DNA of 64,000 nt from an uncultured Clostridiaceae bacterium (GTDB lineage: Bacteria; Bacillota; Clostridia; TANB77; CAG-508). Made by a program: the position numbers and the translations under genes. Location: positions 48,214 to 112,213 of the forward strand of contig CANRSN010000002.1 of the NCBI GenBank assembly GCA_947642455.1, written 5' to 3'. The notes under the pieces were generated by a model. That model was given only the letters and a program-made list of their open reading frames with translations. It made no database searches and was not told the DNA's origin. Shown here piece by piece: positions 36,957-45,055 of this stretch. Within the stretch, counting starts at the first letter, position 1, and each line of letters opens with the position of its first letter.

Positions 36957-37328
36957 ATGAAAAAAACTATTAAAATATTATCAATAATACTAATTGCAAT
37001 AATGTTAGTAATGGCAGTTAGCCCAATAGTAAATGCATCAAATCCAGCAACAATTATAGCAAGTCAATTAAAAGATCCAGTGGCAAATGTAGAATCAGGT
37101 AGTATGGTATCTGTTGCCCAAACTATTATTGGAATAATAAATATAGTTGGTGTTGTAGTTGCAGTAGCTATACTTTTAGTATTAGGTATTAAATATATGA
37201 TGGGAAGTGCTTCAGAAAAGGCAGAATACAAAAAATCAATGATACCATATTTAGTAGGAGCATTTATCATATTTGCAGCACCTACATTAGTAAACATATT
37301 AGTAACATTATTTGGAAATATTAAATAA
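36957..37328 (+). CDS. VirB2/TrbC-like pilin-type protein
   Basis: Signal peptide (..PIVNA/SN) plus IVGVVVAVAILLVLGIKYMMGSASEKAEYKKSMIPYLVGAFIIFAA. Confidence 0.65.
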   Translation: MKKTIKILSIILIAIMLVMAVSPIVNASNPATIIASQLKDPVANVESGSMVSVAQTIIGIINIVGVVVAVAILLVLGIKYMMGSASEKAEYKKSMIPYLVGAFIIFAAPTLVNILVTLFGNIK

Positions 37329-37378
37329 TATGTAACAATTTTTATTACATAAATATTACAATAACATTACAAGAAAAT

Positions 37379-37408
37379 TAAAAGTGCAGAAAAATGCACT
37401 TTTTTTTG
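37379..37408 (+). terminator. intrinsic terminator after the third pilin gene
   Basis: aaaagtgca gaaaaa tgcactttt followed by a T-run. An extended -10 (TGtTATAAT, 37437-37445) follows. Confidence 0.7.
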
Positions 37409-37483
37409 TATTTTTGTTACATTTTAGGCAAATATCTGTTATAATATATTATAGGAATATAATATTTTACGAAGGAGGAAAAT

Positions 37484-37831
37484 ATGGGAACATACTACTT
37501 GCCAAGAAATGTAAAAGGAGAAGGAAGGATATTATTTATTTTTACAGCAAAGAGTCTAATATATTCAGCAGTAGGAGGAGGAATAGGTTTTCTATTTTAC
37601 TTAATATTTTCATTATTCCAATTAGACCTAGTAGGCTATATTATAATGGGAATATTTGCATTAATAGGCTTTTGTATAGGTACATTCAAAATGCCAGAAG
37701 CACAGGGGCTTGAATTTACCAGAAAAACAGGTGGAGAAAAAATAGATGATGTAATATTAAGAGCAATAAAGTTCAAACAAAAGAACAAAAAAATATACAT
37801 ATACAAAGGAGATGAAACAGATGCCAAATAG
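37484..37831 (+). CDS. PrgI/TcpE-type (VirB3-like) small membrane protein
   Basis: YYLPRNVKGEGRILFIFTAKSLIYSAVGGGIGFLFY: N-terminal motif and two TM helices, sited just upstream of VirB4. Confidence 0.55.
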   Translation: MGTYYLPRNVKGEGRILFIFTAKSLIYSAVGGGIGFLFYLIFSLFQLDLVGYIIMGIFALIGFCIGTFKMPEAQGLEFTRKTGGEKIDDVILRAIKFKQKNKKIYIYKGDETDAK

Positions 37832-39041
37832 TGTAAATAATTTAGTATTAATATTAATTTTAATATTAGGAGTAATGATGACATTACTAATTGTAGTAGG
37901 AATGATATACTTTTTTTCAAAAACAAAAAAACAAAAAAATACAGAAGAGCAAATACAAGATACTAACAATAAAAATGTAAAAGGGAAAATAACACTTAAA
38001 GAATATTCAACAGATTCAATATTCAATTTTATGGAGTTTGACAAAATTGAAGACAACATGATAGTTCAAAAAGGTGGAGACAGGTACTTAATGGTAGTAG
38101 AATGTCAAGGAATAAACTATGATCTAATGTCAGGAGCAGAAAAAGTTTCTGTAGAAGAGGGTTTTGTACAATTCCTAAACACATTAACACATCCAGTACA
38201 AATATATACCCAGACAAGAACAATAAACTTAGAAAATAGTATACAAACCTACAAAAATAAAGTAAAAGAAATAGAAATGAACTATGAAAAACAAAAAATG
38301 AAATATGAGCAAATGCAAAACTCAGGAAGGTATACTAAAGAACAGCTAGAAAGAGCATACTTTGAATTAACAAAGCAAAAGAATTTATGTGAATATGGTA
38401 GAGACATTGTATACAGTACAGAAAGAATGAGTTTAAATAAAAACGTATTAAATAAAAAGTATTATGTAATAATTCCATATTATCCAGCAGACTTAGGACC
38501 AAACAACTTCGATAAAGAAGAAATAAAAAATCTAGCATTTTCAGAATTATATACAAGAGCACAATCAATAATAAGAACTTTAGGAGTATGTGAAGTAAAT
38601 GGAAGAGTATTATCATCATTAGAGTTAGTAGACTTACTATATGTTGCATATAACCGTGATGATGCAGAAGCATATGGAGTAGATACAGCAATAAGAGCTG
38701 GCTTTGATGAACTATATTCAACAGCCCCAGATGTTTTAGATAAGAAAATGAGACTGTTAGATGAAAAAATAGAAAGAAAAGCAGTAGAAAAAGCAAACCA
38801 AAAAATATTTGAAGTAAAATCAGAAAAACAAAAAGCTGTAGAAGAAAAAGAAGAAACTATAGATGAGCTAATAGACAACTTAGCAAAGATGATAATACAA
38901 GAAAATTCACTTCTAGTTGGAAGAGATATAGCCCAAAAAGCTGTACAAAAAATCGATGAAGACAAAGAAAATGAGGGAGGTACAAAAGATGTTCAAGAAA
39001 AAACAAAAACAAGAAAGAGAAGAACTACAAAAACAGCCTAA
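37812..39041 (+). CDS. membrane-anchored T4SS-associated protein, unknown function
   Basis: N-terminal TM, a globular region and a C-terminal charged coiled coil. Overlaps both neighbours (the start could also be ATG 37821). Confidence 0.5.
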   Translation: MKQMPNSVNNLVLILILILGVMMTLLIVVGMIYFFSKTKKQKNTEEQIQDTNNKNVKGKITLKEYSTDSIFNFMEFDKIEDNMIVQKGGDRYLMVVECQGINYDLMSGAEKVSVEEGFVQFLNTLTHPVQIYTQTRTINLENSIQTYKNKVKEIEMNYEKQKMKYEQMQNSGRYTKEQLERAYFELTKQKNLCEYGRDIVYSTERMSLNKNVLNKKYYVIIPYYPADLGPNNFDKEEIKNLAFSELYTRAQSIIRTLGVCEVNGRVLSSLELVDLLYVAYNRDDAEAYGVDTAIRAGFDELYSTAPDVLDKKMRLLDEKIERKAVEKANQKIFEVKSEKQKAVEEKEETIDELIDNLAKMIIQENSLLVGRDIAQKAVQKIDEDKENEGGTKDVQEKTKTRKRRTTKTA

Positions 39042-40968
39042 TAGTGATTACACAAACCCAAGTCAATATACTTTTTTAAGAAAAAAGACCATAAAAGAAC
39101 TAATAGCGCCATCAGGAATAGATGCAAGTAATATAGATCACTTAGAAATAATATCAAGTGTAAAAAGGTATGCAAGAAGTTTCTTTGTATCAGCATTACC
39201 TAGAATGTGTACTTTCCCAGAATTATTTAGAGATATGTACATGTTTGGAGACATAAATACATCAATATACATAAACCCAATACCAGAGTCAAGGTCGCAA
39301 AATGAATTAAATAGAACAATAAACGAAATAGAAACTGAAAGAATAGTGGCAGCAGACAAAGGAAATATAAATAGAGAAAGTGATTTAACACAAAAAAGGT
39401 TTGAGGCAGAGCAATTAAGAGATGAAATAACATCAGGTTTTAACAAATTATATGAAGCATCTATAGTGTCAACATTATTTGCATATAGTTTAGAAGACTT
39501 AGATAGGTTTACAAAATTATTAACAACAGAAATGTCAAAATCATTAGTTGGAATAAAAAGTGCATGGGCAATGCAAGAAGATGCTTTTAAATCTAACTTA
39601 CCATTAATGGAAGACAAAGTAAGGAAAACACATACATTTGACCGTAGGTCTATGGGAACAGTTTTCCCATTTACAACATCAGAAGTAGGACATCCAACAG
39701 GTATACCACTAGGTTTTAATAAGCAGACAGGAGTACCAATATTATTCGACAATTTTCACAATTCTTTAACAAACTACAATATGGTTATATTTGCAAAATC
39801 TGGTGCTGGTAAATCTGTTACAATGAAAACATTAATTTCAAGGTCAGCAGTACTTATGGGAATACAAAGTTTAGCACTAGATGCAGAAGGGGAGTATAGT
39901 ATAGTTGCAGAAAGTCTAGGAGGAATAAATGTTGTATTAAGTCCAAACTCAAAAACAGTAATAAATTTATTTGATATAGAGTCAGAAATAGTAAAAGATG
40001 AAATAACAGGAAAAGACAGAGTTGTACTAAATGTTGAAAATAAAGTTGAAGATGTAACACAAGCATTACTTACAATGGCAAGAGGTAGTACAAGAAGTAC
40101 AGAAGTAAACGAACTTACAAAACAAATAATAGCAGAGTCTGTAGCAGAAGAATATGCAGCAGCTAAAATTAATAGTGATCCAATGAGTTTGTATGAAAGA
40201 AGACCAGATGGAACAACAGGAAACATGTTAGGTAGAGAAAAAAAATTAATGCCAACAATAGGTTCTTGGTATAGAAGAATTCAAAGAAAGGCACAAGAAA
40301 ATACAAATACAGACTACCAATTTCACTATAGTTATTTGTTAAAGGTTATGAAGCAATATATTAGAGAATATGATGGACAAATGGCATATTTTGATGGACA
40401 ATCTACATTTGACTTATTAGATGGTTCATTATTTATAAACTTAGACATATCACAATTAGAAGAAAGGTTTGCAAGACCTTTAGCACAACAAATTTTACTT
40501 TCTTGGATATGGGAAAAATATGTTAAGAAAAATAGTGAAGATAGAAAAAAAGCTGCTAAAAAAAGAGTATTAGTTGATGAAGCATGGATGTTACTTCCAT
40601 ATCCAGAGGCAGTAGATTTCTTAAATACAATGGCAAGACGTGCAAGAAAAAGAAATGTATCACTTGCAATTATATCTCAAAGGTTTCAAGACTTTTATGA
40701 AAAACCAGAAGCACAAGCAGTTTTAACATCTTCAGATACAAAACTATTTTTAGCACAAGATAAATCTGAAATTAATTATCTAAAAGAAGTATTTAAGCTA
40801 AGTGAAGGTGAAGCAGGATTTTTAGTAACTTGTTTTAAAGGGGAAGGTTTATTAAAAGTAGGCTCAGATACAGCAATATTGCAAATTCAACCAACAAGTA
40901 AGGAATTTGAGTTTGTAGAAACTAACTTAAACAAATTAGTAAAAAAGCAAAGAAGTAGAGAACAATAA
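38989..40968 (+). CDS. VirB4-family T4SS ATPase (TcpF/ConE/PrgJ type)
   Basis: Walker A FAKSGAGKSVTMK, DAEGEYS, Walker B VLVDEAWMLL, AIISQRFQDF. The start was set at ATG 38989 after GAGGGAGG. Confidence 0.85.
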   Translation: MFKKKQKQEREELQKQPNSDYTNPSQYTFLRKKTIKELIAPSGIDASNIDHLEIISSVKRYARSFFVSALPRMCTFPELFRDMYMFGDINTSIYINPIPESRSQNELNRTINEIETERIVAADKGNINRESDLTQKRFEAEQLRDEITSGFNKLYEASIVSTLFAYSLEDLDRFTKLLTTEMSKSLVGIKSAWAMQEDAFKSNLPLMEDKVRKTHTFDRRSMGTVFPFTTSEVGHPTGIPLGFNKQTGVPILFDNFHNSLTNYNMVIFAKSGAGKSVTMKTLISRSAVLMGIQSLALDAEGEYSIVAESLGGINVVLSPNSKTVINLFDIESEIVKDEITGKDRVVLNVENKVEDVTQALLTMARGSTRSTEVNELTKQIIAESVAEEYAAAKINSDPMSLYERRPDGTTGNMLGREKKLMPTIGSWYRRIQRKAQENTNTDYQFHYSYLLKVMKQYIREYDGQMAYFDGQSTFDLLDGSLFINLDISQLEERFARPLAQQILLSWIWEKYVKKNSEDRKKAAKKRVLVDEAWMLLPYPEAVDFLNTMARRARKRNVSLAIISQRFQDFYEKPEAQAVLTSSDTKLFLAQDKSEINYLKEVFKLSEGEAGFLVTCFKGEGLLKVGSDTAILQIQPTSKEFEFVETNLNKLVKKQRSREQ

Positions 40969-40987
40969 AAAAAGGAGGTAATATTTG

Positions 40988-43729
40988 ATGAATTTCTTAA
41001 CCAAAAAGAAAAGTATACAAAAGATAATAATAACATGTGTATTTTTAATATTATTCAATTTTATTGTTCCAACATATAGTCAAGCTGGTATAGGAGGTAC
41101 GTTATCTGCTCCAGTTGTAGGGCTAATTTGTGTTATATGTGATGCGATTAACTGTTTGATGGCAAATTTTATGGTAGAAAGTCAAAATGTATTTACAGTA
41201 TATCCAGATAAAGATTGGGATACTGCAAGGGATTATATTAAAGCAAACCCATATAAAGCAGATGATGCACTGCCAACAATTATTATGGATCCGGGAGATT
41301 TTATTGGAGACTATGGAATCCCAATTTTAAAATATACACCAGCACAAATATTTTCTGGAAGGTTACCATCATTAGATGTAAACTTTTTTAGAGATGATAT
41401 TCCAGATACAACAGAAGAACCAAAATCGGTAGTGGCACACTTAAGAGGAGTTGTATCTAGTTGGTATGTAGCATTAAGAAACTTAGCATTAGTTGGGCTA
41501 TTATCTGTACTAATATACTTAGGAATTAGAATGATAATAACATCAAGCAATGCGGAAAAGGCAAAATATAAACAAAGTATAGTAGACTGGCTAGTTGCAA
41601 TGTGTTTAATATTCTTCTTACACTATATAATGGCATTTACATTAACAATGACAGAAGCGATAACTGATATGATATCAAATGATGATATTAAAGGTAATGA
41701 GGTATATGTAGGAATACTTAAGTCATCACCAGAAGAAAAGCCAGAAAATAACTCTAATATACTTACTAAAGAAGAAGCAGAAAAGCAAAATTATATAAGT
41801 AGTATAGATGAAGAAGAATCTTTTGCTACTACACTTATGGGAGCTGCAAGAATTCAATGTGAATATCAAGATGGCGGAAAAAAATGGGGATATTTAATTT
41901 TATATGTTGCATTAACAGTTTATACTATCATGTTTACATTTACATATTTAAAAAGGTTAATAAATATGATTTTCTTAACAATAATAGCACCACTTGTAGC
42001 ACTTACATACCCATTAGACAAAGCGGGAGACTCAAAAGCACAAGCATTTAGTTTTTGGTTAAAAGAATATATATATAATGCACTAATACAGCCAGTACAT
42101 TTATTATTATACACAGTACTTGTAACTTCAGCATTATCACTAGCAGCAACAAATATGTTGTACGCAATAGTAGCTTTAGCATTTATATTACCAGCAGAAA
42201 AAATATTAAAGCAAATGTTTAACTTTAGAAATACAACAGGTCAAAGCCTTGGAGGATTTGCAGGTGGTATGATAACAAAAGGAATATTAGATACTGTTGC
42301 AAGAGGTGGAAAAAGAGTTGCTGCAAATGCTACTAATAAAATTAGAACAGCAAATAATTTAGGAATAAAAGATCCAGATGCACCAAAAGGAGCATCAGCA
42401 TTAGCAGGAGCAGCTTCATTAGTAGCAGGAGCTCCAGCAGTAGCACAAGCAGTGCAAGGAATGGCATGGAATGCAAATAATAATGGAGGACAAGCAAATT
42501 CAGGTATGGGAATACTAGGAGCATTGTCAGGAAGTGCACAAGGCGCAGCTGGAGGAGATAGTGGAACAGGAAGTCAAACTGGAGCAGGAAGCTCAAGCGG
42601 AGCTGGAAGTCCAAGTGGAATAGATGGTAATTCTAATGGAGTAACAATTCCAAGCAATATAGGTGGAGATATCGGTTTAGGTTCTCAAGAAGGAAATCCA
42701 GTAGCAACTAATGGAATTGGTCAATTAGGAGATCAATCAGGTTATGATAATGCAACTAGAATAGGAATACAACAATTTACTGATGAAAATGGAAATTATT
42801 TAGGTACAAGAGTATCTGTACAAAGACCAGAAAGCCCATACCTAAGGGCAAATGTTTTACCAGATGGTACTATTGAGGCACATACAAATGTAGGTAATGC
42901 AGGTTTAGGCAGTGCAGGTGCAGGTAGAATTAGTGGAAATACAGGAGGACAAAGAAGAGGCTTCATAGGCGGAATTAAGAATGTTGCAGGAAAAGCATAT
43001 AGCAGTGTTGGAGGAGCAGGAGGAATTGCTAAGATGGCAGCAAAAGGTGCGGCAAGAGGTTTAGTAAAGGCTGGTGGAATTGCAGCTGGAACAGCAATAG
43101 GTATGGCAGCAGGAATAGTATCTGATGATCTAGATAATATAGGTAAATTTGCAATAGGAGGAGCTCTTGCTGGTAATTCAATAGGAAATAATGCAGCAAA
43201 TAGAGTAGAAGGAGTAATATCAGGAGCACAAAGTGTAATGGACACATTTGACCAAGGTCGTTATACTCCAGAAGATTATGCTAGAAAGCAACTTGCTAAA
43301 CAACAAAAAGAATTTAAGAGAGATTACAAAACTAAGCAATATTTCAAAGATAATTTCAAAGACAAAACAGATGCACAAATTAGTGATATTATGGATAGAG
43401 CAGCTACATTTAATAGTAATGGAATTAAAGACCTAGACAGAATAAAAGATGCTATTAAATTAGAAGATGGATTAAGAGATAGAGCAAGACAAATTCAAGG
43501 TGGCGGAGAGCCAACACAAGAACAATTAACAATGGCACATAATGAAGCATTAACATTAGCAAAAATAAGAACAGACTTAGGCGAGTCAGGATTTAACGAT
43601 TACAAGAAAGTTAGATCTCGTAAATCAGCTTTAACAGAACAATTAGTAAATAATGGAATGACTAGAGAAGCTGCTCAGCAAAGAACAGATGATAGCTTTA
43701 ACTTTATGGAAAGTACATTGAATACATAG
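40988..43729 (+). CDS. VirB6/TcpH-like polytopic T4SS membrane protein with a Gly/Ala/Ser-rich C-terminal half
   Basis: Signal/TM plus about 6 TM helices (residues about 160-400), then a low-complexity G/A/S/N region and a charged C-terminal domain. It occupies the position after VirB4. Confidence 0.55.
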   Translation: MNFLTKKKSIQKIIITCVFLILFNFIVPTYSQAGIGGTLSAPVVGLICVICDAINCLMANFMVESQNVFTVYPDKDWDTARDYIKANPYKADDALPTIIMDPGDFIGDYGIPILKYTPAQIFSGRLPSLDVNFFRDDIPDTTEEPKSVVAHLRGVVSSWYVALRNLALVGLLSVLIYLGIRMIITSSNAEKAKYKQSIVDWLVAMCLIFFLHYIMAFTLTMTEAITDMISNDDIKGNEVYVGILKSSPEEKPENNSNILTKEEAEKQNYISSIDEEESFATTLMGAARIQCEYQDGGKKWGYLILYVALTVYTIMFTFTYLKRLINMIFLTIIAPLVALTYPLDKAGDSKAQAFSFWLKEYIYNALIQPVHLLLYTVLVTSALSLAATNMLYAIVALAFILPAEKILKQMFNFRNTTGQSLGGFAGGMITKGILDTVARGGKRVAANATNKIRTANNLGIKDPDAPKGASALAGAASLVAGAPAVAQAVQGMAWNANNNGGQANSGMGILGALSGSAQGAAGGDSGTGSQTGAGSSSGAGSPSGIDGNSNGVTIPSNIGGDIGLGSQEGNPVATNGIGQLGDQSGYDNATRIGIQQFTDENGNYLGTRVSVQRPESPYLRANVLPDGTIEAHTNVGNAGLGSAGAGRISGNTGGQRRGFIGGIKNVAGKAYSSVGGAGGIAKMAAKGAARGLVKAGGIAAGTAIGMAAGIVSDDLDNIGKFAIGGALAGNSIGNNAANRVEGVISGAQSVMDTFDQGRYTPEDYARKQLAKQQKEFKRDYKTKQYFKDNFKDKTDAQISDIMDRAATFNSNGIKDLDRIKDAIKLEDGLRDRARQIQGGGEPTQEQLTMAHNEALTLAKIRTDLGESGFNDYKKVRSRKSALTEQLVNNGMTREAAQQRTDDSFNFMESTLNT

Positions 43730-43742
43730 AATATTAAAATAG

Positions 43743-43769
43743 CCAAAAGGTTTATAGCCTTTTGGTTTT
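43743..43769 (+). terminator. intrinsic terminator
   Basis: ccaaaagg tttatag ccttttgg tttta. Confidence 0.65.
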
Positions 43770-43991
43770 ATATAAAAAGGTGCTTATTTATTGGTATATT
43801 TTTTACTATGAATATGTATTACCTTTTTATATAAGACCAAAGAGTAAACAGTTTTAACTATTGTTTATAAATATATTTTAAAAAAGTAATATATTTAAAA
43901 ATTATATTTTAAACAAAGAAGTTATATGTAAAAAAACACATAGTTCAAACAAATGATATTTTAATATAGTTTAATTAAGAAAGGAAAAAAT

Positions 43992-44918
43992 ATGTTTAAT
44001 AAGTATATTAGGTATTTTAATCAAAATAAATCAAAAGTAATTATGATAGTAATTGCAGTTATACTTGCATTTATTCTTATACAAGCTTTAAATCAATTTA
44101 TAGAAGATGAAAATAAAAGCAGGATAAATGAACTAACAAATACAGTTATTATAGATAAAGAAATTAAAGATTCTGTTATAAAAGAAGGTTCAACATCTAC
44201 AGAAGTTGCTAAAAAAAGTAAAAGCATGATAGATGAATTTGTAAAATATTGCAATACGAAAAATACAAAAAAAGCATATGAACTATTATCACAAGATTGT
44301 AAAGATATTCTTTTTCCAACAGAGGAAGATTTTATAAATACATATTACAATTTAGTATTTAATAGTTATAAAGAATATGAAATTGAAAACTGGGTTTCTA
44401 ATGGAAACTACATAACTTACAAAATTAGATATACAAATGATGCTTTAGCACAAGGAGGGTATAAATCAGAGTATACATTAGAAGATTATTATACAATAGT
44501 AAAGCAAAAAGATGATTATAAATTAAACATAAATAAATTTGTAAGTAGAGAGCAAATAAATAAAAGTCAAACCAAAGATAATTTTAGTATAAATGTAGTA
44601 GCAAGGGAAAATTTTATAGATTATCAAATATATGAAGTCTATTTCAATAATAAAAATGCTTATCCAGTAAAAACATATGATGAAAGTGAAAGCTCTACTT
44701 GGAATGTAACAGACGAAAGAGGTTTAGAGTATTTAGCATTTACAAATGAAATACCAGATAATAACTTAAGAGTTGAAAGTGGTGTAGAGAAGAAAATAAA
44801 AATCAAATATGCGAAAATGTACAATTTGAATAGAAAAATAAGTGAAATTAAGTTTAATAATATGTATTTTGAAAATGGAGTAACAAAAGGATTATTTAGT
44901 TTTGATATAAGTATTTAA
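43992..44918 (+). CDS. N-terminally anchored protein, possible VirB8/TcpC-type component
   Basis: Single N-terminal TM and a globular extracytoplasmic domain. Assigned by position only. Confidence 0.3.
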   Translation: MFNKYIRYFNQNKSKVIMIVIAVILAFILIQALNQFIEDENKSRINELTNTVIIDKEIKDSVIKEGSTSTEVAKKSKSMIDEFVKYCNTKNTKKAYELLSQDCKDILFPTEEDFINTYYNLVFNSYKEYEIENWVSNGNYITYKIRYTNDALAQGGYKSEYTLEDYYTIVKQKDDYKLNINKFVSREQINKSQTKDNFSINVVARENFIDYQIYEVYFNNKNAYPVKTYDESESSTWNVTDERGLEYLAFTNEIPDNNLRVESGVEKKIKIKYAKMYNLNRKISEIKFNNMYFENGVTKGLFSFDISI

Positions 44919-45055
44919 GATTATTATAAAACTTTGGTGTAGATATTTTAACTAAGTAACAAAAATTAATCTAAATATGTAAATAATTTAAGTTTAAAGA
45001 TTATAGATATATATTTTAATTTAAAAGAAAAACGAACTAAAAAGAGGTGAGGAAA

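Noticed and set aside
37384-37713. 109-aa + strand ORF overlapping the terminator, the promoter and the PrgI-like gene in another frame.
   Set aside because: It starts inside an intrinsic terminator hairpin, has Arg/Ile/Tyr-rich nonsense composition, and the alternative frame (37484..37831) has the PrgI-like motif and an RBS.
43248-43436. 62-aa + strand ORF inside the VirB6-like gene, in an alternative frame.
   Set aside because: It is embedded in a longer coding frame, with no RBS and no conservation signal.
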